DNA of 64,000 nt from Massalongia carnosa. Taxonomy: Eukaryota. The stretch spans positions 1,426,001 through 1,490,000 of the forward strand of contig OZ287068.1 in the NCBI GenBank assembly GCA_965645245.1. Reading direction: 5' to 3'. Under the pieces are notes generated by a model. The model did not search any database, was not told the DNA's origin, and saw nothing but the letters and a program-made list of their open reading frames with translations. A program made the translations under genes and the position numbers. This document shows, piece by piece, positions 49,247-62,349 of the stretch. How positions within the stretch are numbered: the stretch's first letter is position 1; each line of letters begins with the position of its first letter.

Positions 49247-52200
49247 TCATCTCCTCTCGGCACTACTACGCCTCCGCCGTCTTGAATTTGGTGCTGGCAT
49301 TGGGGTAGTTTGTAGCATGTTTGTGATCAGCGTTAGCGAGTCTTCTTTTTTAGGTGATGTCAGTATTGATTGCCGACTGGTGGTCGTACGAGGTAGTCGA
49401 CTGCGCGCCGCACTTCCAGATGCGTTTGTTAGAGTACCATCCCGGCTTATGGGTCTATATGCTATAGGTCCGTTGGAGGAGTTCGGCTGCCTCGAGTTTC
49501 GTTCAAGAAAATAATTGACGGAATGTGAAGAACGACCGCTGGTAGGAGTAGGCGGCATTGAATGACTTGCCAGGAGGCTTGGCGGCGTAGTCGTCGAACT
49601 TGCACGTCTCCCCTGTCTTCGCTTACTGCCGTTGCCTCCAATCCTGTCGTTGCTTTCGCTGGAACGGATGAGCTCACTGGCCATATTCCTTACTAACACC
49701 GCCCCATCCACTTCAGCAAGTCTTTGAATTGTGTCAACTAAGCCATATCGATTGATAAGCCCGCCCTGTTCTTCACTAGCGTCACATATGCTGCGCACAA
49801 TTCGTAGGAGATTAAGCCTAACCACTGCTTTGTTAGATTGAAGCTTCTGTAATATTCGGCGGAACAAATCAGAATCAGCTAGGCTGAGAGCCACCGGTGG
49901 GCTCAATCGTAAGAGCTTCTGGAGGGGCTCAAGCAGATTTTCGAATGCATTAGTCTTGGACGTTGTGAAACATTTGATGATGCCTTTAGTAAATGACCCG
50001 TCAAGGAGATGTTCTTCTACTTTAGCTGTTTCTTCTTGCAACCTACAAGACGGTGAGCACGATATAATACAAGGATTCGAAATTTTTGTAATACCAGATG
50101 AAGATAGCATCCAAAGCCGTTACTTGCCAATAAGGATCTGCGAGAAGTGAAATGTAGAATGGTAGTCCCTTATTCCTCCACAACTCTCTTCGGCCGACCT
50201 TACCAGATTGGGCCATGTCACACAATACCGGTAAAGCGAATTCCTTTAGTGGCCGTTCAGTTTTGATGATGCGCTGAAGAACTGGTATAATGCCATTGAG
50301 TGCAGCATCTTCTTGTCTTGATTTGTTCAAACGACACAAATTATAAATTGTATTGAGTACTTGGTTCGAAATCTCCCTAAAATGAGGTTCTTTAGAATTA
50401 TGGCGAAGCAGATCTGTCAATACATCAATTGCATTTGAGTTTTGGAGCGAATCAAGTGTCGTCGAAAGCATAGAGAGGTTTTTGATAAACTTAAGCATCG
50501 TAATTTGATGATTTGGCGACATTCTTTTCAATTCTTTCAAAACACCTAGCAAGAATTAGTCTTGAGACGGACCTAGAATCGTGCGTTAAGTTATACTTAC
50601 GGTGCAAGACAGTTCGTTCCGCAATAATCTCCTTAACATGATTCTCCGCTTGCGAGAAAAGAAAGAATATGTTCGCGATGCGTCCTTCGCATTGGTCGGC
50701 GCGTTCCCCTTTCTCATCCAGAACTCTACTCAACACCAAAGACAAGGGATCCAGGACAGAGTTTCTTGAGAGAATTCTGCAAAAGTCGTTTTTGGGGGTT
50801 GGACCTTGCAACTCAAAAACGCTCCAAACCCCGTTGACTCCAGTAAGGACCAGGTCGCGTTCATCTTCGTAGTCTTCTTCCAGAAATTCAACAAGAACCT
50901 TGAGACCACCCGCGCTAACAAACATCTGCAAAGTGAGTGTTGAGGTTTGGAACATTTGGCGAACAAACGCAGCGGCTTCCAATCTGATCTCACTAGGGTA
51001 CCTTTTGGACGCAAATTTGGTGATGATGGGAATTCCACCTACAAAGCAAAGGTTTTCTTGGATCTCAACATCGTTGAATATGATTGTATTCACTGTCTTG
51101 AGGAGGTTGAACAGTATGTCTCTATGCCGGCTTGTCTCAAGTATCTCCAGTATGGGAAGCATCCCATGAGCGCTGATAATCACGCTCTTAGTGTCCGGTG
51201 AATCAGAGAGGACCTCCAGCAACCGTTCAGATATCTCCGCAAGCATGTCGTCTGCTTGAGATATTTTAAGGGAGCCGACAAGTCCCTCGACCTGGGTACA
51301 GAGCCGGGCGTACTTATCTCGAGCAACGTTTGCTTCAAGATCCATTTCGTCGAAGCCTTCCTCCAATTGAGCAAATGGATCGTCGTCGTCGTCGTCATCA
51401 CCAAGCCAGGTGTTGTTGTGTGAGAGCTTCGAGTTCAACATGAGAGTGCCACTGTCAGACCCCCCATTTTCGCTCTCCGGCTTATCAAAAACAGTACTTG
51501 CTTTTCCAAAAATATCGGAAAAGTCCTCATCATTTTCGTTTTCTGCATACCTTTGAATTTCTAGGGACGACCTGCTTCTTAGCATCAACGGCTCTCCGGA
51601 CAAGGTAGGTTGACGCCGTAAGCTACCGCCAGGCTTGTACGGTTGTAGTAAATTTATCGAGGAGGATGAGTCAGAAATTTGAGCTGGCTTTGGTGAAACG
51701 CAATCATTCTTCTTGCGCAGAGTGAGTATCACTGCCCCAGTTTGTTTACTACAGAGAGCGTACCTTTTTCGTCAACTCTTTATTATTAGAGATAATACAT
51801 TTAGTATCCGTTGGATTATAATGTTCATTATTCAGGCTTTCTTGGCTAGCCTTAGCTGATTGGAGTCCAGTTTGTTGTTTCGCTGAGTGCTGTGCCTGAC
51901 GCGAAAGAAAAGTCGCTGGTGCGCCACGGCTACCTGTTGGCGAGTTCTTCTGAGCTAATGATCTTGTAGGCGGATTCTTCATATGCTTGGGGTAATAGGG
52001 TCGGATAGTCTGTAGCGGATCAGATTCTGGTGGTAGCGACGGGCTTTTCATTGTAAGATCGCCCTCAAAATTGTCGTCCCAATTAGTCTCCTCGGCCACC
52101 GTCTCAAATGATGCATAGGCCTTGAGCTTCTCCGATGAAAGAAGGCCTCCAAAGTTGTCATGTGGCCTCAGATGCGGAAGCTGAAGTGCACTAGGCGATA

Positions 52201-53688
52201 TGGCAGAAGTGAAGTCATTGTCCCAATTGTCGTCTGTTGAATTATCAGGAGATCTAAATTGCTCGGCCATAAGTCGAGGCTTGGCCAAGTTCAAAGGGCC
52301 CTTAGCTGGTGTAGCTAGAACTGGAGGATGGCCACGTCGCCTAGGGATCGGGCTTGAAGACATTGGTCGAGACGCTCTCCGTAAAGAGCCTGCATTTGGC
52401 GATTTCAAGGCTTCATTCCATTGTTGTACACTTCTGACTGCCTCATTGTACTCTGTAGGTTTCTTTGGCACAACTGAGTCGGATCTGCGAGCATTGACGA
52501 TCCAAGGATGCTTAAGCAGTTTCCGAGCGGAGACCCGTAGGTTTGGATCCTTTTGAAAACACTGCATCAAGAAATCTCGGACTATCTAGAACAGAATAAG
52601 CGGTCAGACTTCCTCAAATTAAGCTAAAATAACTCACCGGAGAAGCTCCTTCCGGCAATGGGGGATGATCGTCATTTACGATCCGGAAAAGAGCGTGCAT
52701 AGGTTGCAGTTTGTGATACGGGGGCCTTCCATCCAGCAGCTCAATAACTGTGCAGCCTAAACTCCATATATCTGAAGCCGTGGTAGCTCCAGATAACTCA
52801 ATCACTTCTGGAGCCATCCAGTAGGGTGTACCGACTACACTAGATTCATGCAACGTCGTCGTCCGCGTAGCCACACCGAAGTCTGCAAGCTTAACTAGTC
52901 CTTGTTTGGTCGTTAGGATATTGGCCCCCTTGATGTCCCGGTGTATCACCCCCTGCTCATGGAGATATAGCAATCCATGCAGAACCTGGGACATGTAAAG
53001 CCCCACAAGGTTTTCAGGGAACTTGCCAAAGTTTTTAGATATTGAATGAAGAGATCCGTTTTCACAATACCTATATCAGCGTAAGCCTCCGAGACACAGG
53101 AAGGAATCATTAAGCTTGTGACAGACTCTAGTATGATATTAAGTGAGTCCGCGGATTTGACGAAACCTCGATATTTGACGATATTCGGATGCTGCCCTTG
53201 TCATCAATCTGTATGTTAGGTGAGTGTCATACCTTGCCTACATCTAGATTCTTGAGTAAATCAATCTCGAGCTGGTAATTCAAGCGTCAGCTCCGTAAAA
53301 GTTGCTTTGCAGCCTTTGTGGTCATACGGTGATAACCCGCAACTCGCTTTTAGGAAGATCTGCAAGCTTCACTTGCTTGACAGCCACAGTCTCCCCAGTC
53401 CCCATATTAAGTGCTCGAAAAACAGATCCAAAAGCACCTTTACCAAGGCAGTCTCCAAGTTGCTACTGACTTGTTAGCTCCGAACGCTAATAGTCAAATC
53501 AAACACGATAGGAAGATTCGTACATAATCCTTGAGCTCAGCTGCATCTTGGGTTGTTTTGGAAGTTCCCTCTTTGCTCAGTTGGTTTGGGGTGCTCTTAT
53601 CATGGAGTTGTCTTGGTACTTCCTTTGATTCAACCACACCTCCATATTGTGAACCAGTTTTCCGACGCATATCTGGAGCTGAGTTCAT
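49247..53688 (-). CDS. sepH: septation initiation network kinase SepH (Cdc15 / S. pombe Cdc7 family), multi-exon
   Basis: [56 protein letters not shown]-like C-terminus ([20 protein letters not shown]). Confidence 0.93.
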
Positions 53689-54255
53689 AGCTTGTGAGCC
53701 ACATAAAAGTATTCAGAACTCTCCAAGGCCCGAGAAGCTCTTGGATTGCCAGTTCCTTCAAGTCTAAGGGCGAGGCTCCATCAACACTACATATATCTGC
53801 GCAGATATACGTCAGGCGTATATACCCCCAAGCTTTGGTCATATATTCTTGGAAACATATAACGCTAACCAGTAGGCTAACCTGAACACACCTCTCTCGG
53901 TTTTCCAGACATCATCTGTTATCGGTGTGTACTTACTTGTGCACCCGTTGTTGTCAAATGATTCACTGGTGTATATAAAGTTGGCTTGAAAATCATGCAC
54001 GGGAAACCAATAGGATCGGATACTTGTTCTTATTTGATGGTACATACAAGGGCCACCTAGTTGTATGACAGAACAGAATAATTGCGATAAATATTTATCA
54101 TTTGACTATATAGTTAAGGTAGATGGATAATTGAGCTCTAATACATATGATACGATACCTATGTACGTATCTCGGTCGCCTCGAAACCATCACGAAATCA
54201 GCGCTTTGTCAATATCCATAGCATCTATGATTTACTCCAATCGTGCTGTTTCTAT

Positions 54256-55494
54256 TTAATTGTTTCCAAGCTTCCGTAATAATCGCATGATGTCTGAAAC
54301 TTGATATAAACTACCAGCAACGACAATTGGACCATCTTTAGACAAGCCGGTAGCTCTTTGCAATGCCTCGTTTATGCTTCCAGTGGCATAAAGTTGTGTT
54401 TCTATCCCCAGTGTCCTGACCGCTCTCAAAATTTCGTCTGGATCAGCCGGCTGCACCCATGGCATGCCGTCCACAGGACCAAACTTAGTTGCCAACAGAG
54501 TGTCTTCCGTTCTCACAAGAATGGATAGCAGCTCTGGTATTGGTTTCCCTTTAGAGAATGCAAACACCCAGGTTACTGGCGAGCAACTCTGGCGGATCTT
54601 GGAGTCAACATAAGCACGAAGAACTTCCGCAGACTGGACATTATGAGCTCCATCAAGGAGTATATCTCGTTTCCTCCCAGTAATAGCCTCGATGCTTAAA
54701 TTTTGTAGTCGCCCGGGCCAGACTGTCTTGGGAATCATTTTTAATAATCTTGAAATGTCAATTAGTGGATAGGTGCGCTGAATTGCACATCTGACAGCTT
54801 GAACCGCCAAGTAAAGATTGATTTGCTGATGGGCGGCATAATCCTCTTTAGGTAGGATATCCCAAATCCAGCTGTATTCTCTGTCATGGGCAACGCGGAA
54901 GAGAGGGCCTGCCTCAATTTTACTTGCTATGTCTTCTAACATGTGCAATACTGCTGAAGGATTGGTCGCATCGAGGACACAAGGAACCCCTTTCTTCATT
55001 ATGCCCGCCTTCTGATACGTAATCTCCTCCAGCGTCTCGCCTAGAAAAGCTTCGTGATCTTTGCCTATTTGGGTGATCACACTGACCAAAGGATGTGGAA
55101 GGATGTTAGTAGCGTCGTACCTGCCTCCCAAGCCAACTTCGACGACACCAATCTCGATTTTTTCGCGTGCAAATATTTCAAATGCTGTGGCTGTCAGCAA
55201 CTCAAACTCTGATGCTTTAATACCTTCGCGTTTGTCTTTAGCAATGACTGAAGCCTCCACCTCATAGAATATGCGCTCATCCACAGTTTTCTCGTCGATG
55301 GTGATACAATCCCATCGGTCCATGAGATGTGGCGATGTGAATCTGCCACACCTTACTTTTGCAGCTGCAAGCATCGCGGAAACATAAGCGCAAACTGAAC
55401 CTTTGCCATTAGTGCCCGCAACATGGATTGCACGCCAAGGTAGCCTCGTGGTTTGTAAAAGACGGGAGATTCGTGCAAGACCAAGTTCAATCAT
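54256..55494 (-). CDS. FOL3: dihydrofolate synthase (FolC family)
   Basis: MIELGLARISRLL; IHVAGTNGKGS; GRFTSPHL; VEVGLGGRYDATN; WPGRLQ; LLDGAHN; AGSLY. Confidence 0.9.
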   Translation of the reverse strand: MIELGLARISRLLQTTRLPWRAIHVAGTNGKGSVCAYVSAMLAAAKVRCGRFTSPHLMDRWDCITIDEKTVDERIFYEVEASVIAKDKREGIKASEFELLTATAFEIFAREKIEIGVVEVGLGGRYDATNILPHPLVSVITQIGKDHEAFLGETLEEITYQKAGIMKKGVPCVLDATNPSAVLHMLEDIASKIEAGPLFRVAHDREYSWIWDILPKEDYAAHQQINLYLAVQAVRCAIQRTYPLIDISRLLKMIPKTVWPGRLQNLSIEAITGRKRDILLDGAHNVQSAEVLRAYVDSKIRQSCSPVTWVFAFSKGKPIPELLSILVRTEDTLLATKFGPVDGMPWVQPADPDEILRAVRTLGIETQLYATGSINEALQRATGLSKDGPIVVAGSLYQVSDIMRLLRKLGNN

Positions 55495-55819
55495 AGTAGT
55501 CAAATCTGAGAGTTTAATTCGGACTGTTTGTATTTTGGATATCAATGGCCAGAAGTGGTTTGTAAAGGCAGACTAGGCGACATTCGCGCTAATTTGTTGG
55601 TCAACAATCCCGCGTTCCCAAGTCAATCCACTAGTGAAGGGGGCTTCAGCCTTGTGTCGCAGAATCCTCCTTCCCGTCCGTGTACTTAAAAGTGATGTTT
55701 CGACCTTGAGATAATTTCTTTTCGTTCATTGATACCTGTAATCAAAATACTAGCACCGAAGAACATTTAAACGATTGTCGAGTTCCCCATCAAAATTCAT
55801 TTGCTGTGGGCATACAGAA

Positions 55820-57285
55820 ATGGGGTTACCGTGAGTTTCCTGATCTCTTACTGGCTTTGCGCAGGCTTTGGGTCGCATCGGCTGCCTCATTCTGCAAACT
55901 GTCAACCCCAGGCTATACCTTAGGCTGATTTGACGTGAACCTGCAGTATGTTTCGCGAACCGGAGGCGACCGAACCTAAGAAATCAACCACCAACAAAGA
56001 TCTTTCCGCTCCAGCGCGATCGACAATCCGCCGCCAGCGCACCGTCAGATATCATCCTCAATCCCGCGGTCATCTTCCATCATCGCGCCTTCGCACAAAT
56101 GGCAGTTACCGCGTAGCCGATCGAGTTACTCTCCTTGAAGCTCTACATAGTAGAGAGATGGCTGTTACTTCGACACGATTCAATGACGAAGACACCTTGG
56201 ATGTCGAGATGGAAGCGGACATTGCGCACGCTGAAGCTAGTCAAAGAAGACGATTCGAGAGTGGGCGAGCACTACTTAGAGATGCGCTGAGCTACGAGCG
56301 TTCAGGTCGGCGTATGAGAGTGGCTCGAGAGACCTCTGCAACCGACGATATAATTTTCTCGCGACCAGCTGAGCTTGAAAATAGATCCCATCAGAGCAAC
56401 GCATTAGATTCGAGACATCGTAGTAATAGTGGAGCTATGCCTTTGGTCAGATCGGAAGACTTGCAATCCTCAGCGTCTGACTATATGCCGACACCCCCCT
56501 ACACCTCGGGAGACGTGTCACTCGAGTCTTCCTTTCAAGAGGCCACAAGACTTGGTAGCAGCGCGTCCCTCACGCCACGATTCGCCCCTGCTCATCGGTT
56601 CGATGATATGAATGAGATTTCTTTCCGAGAGTTCGTGGTCAGGCAAGGCCTGGATTTGTCTGAGCTTCCTCCATTGCGACGTATGGGACGTCGTGGCGCT
56701 TTGGAACCTTCACGCTCTCACCAGCATGCCACTCCAGATACTGTCGATGGTCTCGGCGATCGACGTCGCAGTTTCAGCCCAGAAAATGACTCGTGGGAAA
56801 CCCTACTTACAACCATGACGCCAGACGAACGCTTGCCCAGCGTGCATTCATCGTTCACTTCCGCATCAGCCTCAGCATCATCATTATCATCAAATTCCAC
56901 ATCATCCTATGGCACTCTTGTGACGGTTCCATCATCTACAGAGATCCCAGATGCCTTCCCTACAATCTGTGACAACACCGACTCCGAAGAATCTGAATTT
57001 GAAGACGAACAGTACCGAAACGCACCAGATCGCCGCACCGAAGATTATCACTTGCGAGAACCGAGCGGCAACTCATCGATCCATGCGTTACCGCCGAGCA
57101 ACGTGCTACACCTTGTCAGAGATGGACAACGTGCCCGCCAGCGAAGAGTATTGGAACGTGAGGAAGAGCTTCACCAGATGCACGAGAATTTGGACAGGCT
57201 TGAGCGCCAAATACCTCGGGAATGGTGGGCCGCCGCGGGCTTAGAGATGAGTCCTCATGGCCGCCCTGGCAGAGAGAGATTGTGA
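55820..57285 (+). CDS. hypothetical fungal protein, 2 exons
   Basis: 11-nt first exon (MGLP), intron 55831-55946, 445-aa ORF with DGLGDRRRSFSP..WETLLTTMTPD and IPREWWAAAGL. Confidence 0.75.
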
Positions 57286-58036
57286 GAAATAGCTTGGACT
57301 AGCTTTAAATACCTATTCGATTTTAGCCTGGGCTGTTCAATCAAATGTAGTCGACTACCATTCATAAATCTTGGAGCAACCTTTACCGTTTTCACCTTTG
57401 CACTGTGTTCTAATACTAGCGGCAGGAAAGCTCAAAGGACTGCGCTCTTGGACCCTACTCTGTACGCTAAATCTGCATAATGATTCGCAACGACGCTAGG
57501 AGGTTGATCGCCTGCATTAAGTTCTCCCTAATGTACTTTAGCAGGTTAGATATACCTTATAGTAAATTGATTGCGCTCTCAACCCGTTAATATCTTCTCT
57601 AGAATGAGTGTATTCTGGCTCTAGAACCTCTGCATGTTTACGAAGCTAAAATTCCTATGTAGTCAGATGCGCCGTTGCTCGATTCCAAAGATTTGACGAT
57701 GGCTGCAGTACCATACAGCATTGCTTAGCTTCTTTATGTAAAACATAAAAATAAAGATGCACTAGGTCGGCAGTGGGAAGTCGATCGAAGGAAATCCTAG
57801 TACGGAGGTACGGAGTACGTCTATATACTTCGTATGTACAAGGGAGTACTAATGTCTAGAATCGCACGAGTCCCTATTAATATACTTAAAAGTATAGAGT
57901 ACATCTTCTGATTTATGAATACTTAAAGAAGGCCTTGACCAAAACTGAATGCTGGCAATGGGTCGTAATTGTAATTCAACGAATAATCGTGTCAAGAAAC
58001 TAGTAATCGAAGCGAGTCGCCTACTAACGTATTTCA

Positions 58037-58151
58037 CTGGGCAACGGGACAAACTGGGCAACGGGACAAACTGGGCAACGGGACAAACTGGGCAACGGGA
58101 CAAACTGGGCAACGGGACAACGGGACAAACTGGGCAACGGGACTAAGTAAA
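58037..58151 (+). repeat. ~6 tandem copies of 17-bp CTGGGCAACGGGACAAA within the left TIR of element A
   Basis: units start at 58037, 58054, 58071, 58088, 58105, 58130 (partial at 58121). Confidence 0.92.
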
Positions 58152-58241
58152 TCCGAAACCATTACTCTGACAATCATTTCATACAAAATCAGCTTCAAAT
58201 ATCATAGTAGAATATATTCATCAATTTGAAACTTTATAATC

Positions 58242-60230
58242 ATGGGTGTTGGTAAAAAAACCACCTTCCACAAGACCTCCACCTCCTCATGTTTTCACCC
58301 CACCTCCATCTATCAACAACGATTACAATCAGCCTTTTTGGCCTGGAAACAGGCCGATGGAGCTCTTTCCATTACGAAGGCAGCTACTCGATATGCTGTT
58401 TCAAAGTCAACTCTTCATGCCCGCATTCAGGGCTGTCAACCACGATTCACATCTGATCAAACTAAACAACTGCTGACCCCCGAGGAGGAAGACGCTTTGA
58501 AGAACTGGGTTTTACAACTATACGCTTGGGGCTGGCCTGCTAAAATCGCCCATTTACGTGAAATGGCCGTAGAATTACTGCGAGCAAGGGGGGATCATAC
58601 TGTGCTGGGAGTCAATTGGCAACAGTATTTTTTACATCGTCATCCCGATTTGCATGCTAAATACAGTCGCACACTTGATCAAGACCGATTATTCGCTGAG
58701 AATGAAGAGATATTTCAGCACTGGTTTGACCTCTTCCTCTCCGTCAAGGAAAGCATGGAATTCTTGATGAAGACATCTATAACATGGACGAAAAGGGGTT
58801 CATGATGGGGGTAGCTGGTAGTGTTAAAGTGGTAAATTCTAAGCACGAAAAGCAAGCCTTTTCAGCACAATCAGGCAATCGAGAATGGGTGTCATTGATC
58901 GAGTCCATTTGTACTACCGGCCGAAGTTTACCTCTTTTCGTCAACTTCAAAGGAGTCAACAAGCAAAAGGCCTGGTACGATGTTCTGGAAGACATTGACA
59001 CTGAAATAGCTACCAGCGAAAACGGATGGACAGACAATGAACTGGGTCTTGATTGGTTGAAAAAAAGTTTTGAACCTGCTACTGCAAAATATCTACACGG
59101 TGAATATCGACTTCTTATAGTAGATGGTCATGCTTCCCATATTTCTACCGAATTCATCAAGTTTTGCAACGAAAAGAAAATCATTCTTTTGTGTCTACCT
59201 CCACATGCTACCCATATGTTGCAACCTCTAGACGTGAGTGTTTTTGGGCCCTTATCACGGGAGTACAAAAAACAATTGGAGGTCGTCACCCGATTCAACG
59301 TCTGTTCAGTGGACAAGGTGGATTTTCTGAAGATCATTCAAAAAGCAAGAAAAGAAGCAATCAACACCAAAAACGTGCTGACTGCATGGAGAGCAACCGG
59401 ATTAGTACCATAATAAACAATCGGTGTTGCAAAAGACTGATAGCATCACCACCACCACCACCACCACTATTACCACCACCACGAATATCACCTCCTCTTC
59501 CCATCCTAACACTCCGACAACCCTTCAAAACTCTCACGAAATTGAAAAGACACCTGCAAATATCGATCAAATAAATCAACTGAGTCGTCGAATTCGGAAT
59601 GATGAAGAATCAGACTCGACCCCGGTCCGAGCGCTAAATAAATTGATAAAAGGCGCTAAATATGCCGTCGCAGACTCTACCTTGCTACGTATCACCAACA
59701 ACGAGCTTCTTCAGGCTAATGTACGGCGCCACAATCGAGTCAATCGTAGCGGGGCTCACTATGGAGGAAAGGCTCGAGTCCTAAGCCTTGAAGACGTTCA
59801 ACAAAGATAGCAATGGGCTAAAGATAAATAAAAGGTGAAAGACGACAAAAAGAAGGCCGCTCAGCTAAAACGAGCCGAGCAGGACCTTATCAAAACTTTC
59901 AGAGAAATGTGTCGATTTGGACCTGATTTACTAGGACAAACGTCTACTGCATCTCCGACGAAAAGTCCTCAGAAAGCACCTGATAGTTCACAAAGTAGGC
60001 CTATTTCTTCTTTCAAAAGACGATTACTACCTCCTCCCATGCTTCAACCAATGACAGAAGAGGTAGAGGGGGTGGAGGAGGTGAAGGTGAGTGGGGTAGA
60101 GGGGGTGGAGGAGGTGAAGGTGAGTGGGGGGTAGAGGTGGAGGTAGAGGTGGAGGTGGTGGAGGAGGTGAAGAAGGTTCAAACTACCAGACGGGGTCGTA
60201 TTATACGTCAACCACGTAAAATGGGATTAA
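58242..60230 (+). pseudogene. disrupted DDE_1 (pogo/Fot1) transposase of element A
   Basis: HTH region, YNMDEKG / LIVDGHASH / LQPLDVSVF; frameshifts at ~58750, ~59411, ~60128; in-frame TAG 59808 and TAA 59829. Confidence 0.9.
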
Positions 60231-60315
60231 TTTGCATGCAGACAAAATATCAATTTCATGTCTATTAGATATTGAAGCTGAATTTGAATATAAAAAGGGT
60301 GAGAGGTAGGCTTTA

Positions 60316-62225
60316 TTCGTGCCCCACACTTTCGCTCGGTCGACTCGCTTAGTGCTAGCCAGCCATACAGCCAGGACCAGCCATACAGCCAAAATCTTCA
60401 AATTTCTACCCACCACCTTTGAAAAATTCATTATCCACCACCATCATGCCTGAATCTTATACTATAATTGAAAATCGTATTGCAAAGGCCATTGACGCCT
60501 TAAACTCACGCAAAAACGCCAAACTCAGTGCAATTGCGCGAGAATTTAATGTACCTAGAGGAAGACTTCGTTCTCGGGTCAAAGGGGTGTCATCTAAAAC
60601 GAAAGTACGAGGACTGCATAATATACGTCTAAAACCCGATCAGGAGTTGGCCCTACGTCTATATCTTTTGAAACTGGATTCTTTGGACATTCCGGCTCGT
60701 CTGCATATAGTGGAAGTGGCTGCATACTCCATTCTTCGTCAAACGGCTTCCGATTCGACGCCTCCTCCTCCTCTCGGCTCGCATTGGATCAAAAGATGGC
60801 TAAAACGTCAGTCAGATCTTTACAAGGTTAAACGTAAGCCTCTAGCTGCTGAGCGCAAAAATGCGCATGATTTGGAGTTATTGATGGGGCATTTTGAAAA
60901 ATATCAAGTAGTGAACAAGTATGGAATAAATCCGAAGGATCAGTGGAATTTTGATGAAACTGGGTTTCGTATTGGTATGGCACGAAGTGATTGGATAATC
61001 ACAGCAGATTCTTCTCGACAATCATACAGTTCCGATCCATCAAATCGAGAATCGCTGACAGCGGTGGAGTGTATCAACGGGGCTGGTCAGGACATTCCCC
61101 CTTTTTTAATTGTGTCTGGCATCAACATCCTCGCTCCCTGGGTCAAAAACGATCTGAGCAATGATGTAGTCATTTCTACAGCTGAATCGGGCTGTACAAA
61201 TGACTGGTTGAGTTTGCAATGGATCAAGCATTTCGACAAACACACTGAAAAAATAAGAGAGGGGGCTTGGAGACTTTTGATAATGGACGGTTATGGATCT
61301 CATCATACTCGAGAATTTCTAGAATATTGTGAAACGAAAAACATCATTCCATTCGGATTACCATCTCATACCACAAATCTCTTACAACCATTGGATGTGT
61401 GTGTTTTTCAACCTCTGAAACACTGGCATTCCGAGGCCGTCAATAAAGCAATTCAGAATGGAGATCAAACCTTTTCCAAAGTCGAATTTCTGAATGCATT
61501 TAGCAAGTTTCGATCGCTGGCTTTTAAACCTTCCACCATACAGTCTGCTTGGAGAAAAACAGGCTTGATTCCGTTCAATCCAGGCATTGTTCTCGACAAA
61601 GTTCGAGAACTTCTTCCTCCCCCTCCTCGTGAATCAACTCCGTCTCATACAGCCCCCTATCTGTACAAGAAACCCCTCGAACCGTGCGACAGTTGGCCAC
61701 AGTAGCCACAGAAATCATGACGCATTCAGCTTGCTCGGATGACCTCGTACAAATTGTTAGCAAATTTGTAAAGGGAGCTGTTGCCGAGGTTCGAAAAGGC
61801 GATCTTCTGGAACAACGCTGGGAACAACAAATCAAGGCCCAAACTGCTCGGAAAGCTCGTAAACGAGAGGCCAATAAGATTCTTCATCACGGAGGCGTAC
61901 TTACTGTTGGTGAGGCCCGTTCAATGGTTCGTGGTAGGGAGGAGCAGGAGGAGATAAGGGAGAAAGAGCGAAACGTCGCATGGGAAAAGCGTTATTGTAC
62001 GGCTCTTACCAAAGTGGTTAGGCAGTCAAAAGCGCATAGAAAGATGCTTATGACTAGAAGCATTAATAGTCACAAAAGATGGATGATGATCATGAAGGAA
62101 TTGCTGAAAAAAACCCCGATGTATGTAGAATAGTTGATTTTTGGCTGTATGGCTGTATGGCTGGTCCTGGCTGTATGGCTGGCTAGCACTAAGCGAGTCG
62201 ACCGAGCGAAAGTGTGGGGCACGAA
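60316..62225 (+). mobile_element. Fot1/pogo-type transposon B (1910 bp) nested in A
   Basis: 76-bp TIRs TTCGTGCCCCACACTTTCGCTCGGTCGACTCGCTTAG...AGCCATACAGCCA (60316-60391, 62150-62225); TA at 60314-15 and 62226-27. Confidence 0.95.
60446..62133 (+). CDS. DDE_1 transposase of element B; one -1 frameshift in a C-run (~61653) after the catalytic domain
   Basis: WNFDETG / LIMDGYGSH / LQPLDVCVF; adding one C gives APLSVQETPRTVRQL...GGVLTV. Confidence 0.85.
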
Positions 62226-62349
62226 TAGAAATTAAGCGAAATTTAGTTAGTCCCGTTGCCCAGTGAAATACGTTAGTGTCCGACACCTCAGTGACGCACT
62301 TTTCCCATTTTACCTACCACTCTTCACCACGTAATCACTCCACCACATC

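Larger units (their letters stand above)
58027..62273 (+). mobile_element. Fot1/pogo-type transposon A (~2.3 kb of its own sequence) carrying nested element B
   Basis: TA|ACGTATTTCACTGGGCAACGGGAC at 58025-58050 and GTCCCGTTGCCCAGTGAAATACGT|TA at 62250-62275. Confidence 0.92.

Noticed and set aside
51712..51763. Apparent premature stop splitting sepH
   Set aside because: Explained by a 52-nt GT-AG intron (GTACGC...CTCAC...CAAG) that restores the frame.
58037..58151. CRISPR-like appearance of the 17-bp repeats (and of the 15-bp array at 9540-10500)
   Set aside because: No unique spacers, no cas genes, eukaryotic context; these are head-to-tail tandem repeats.
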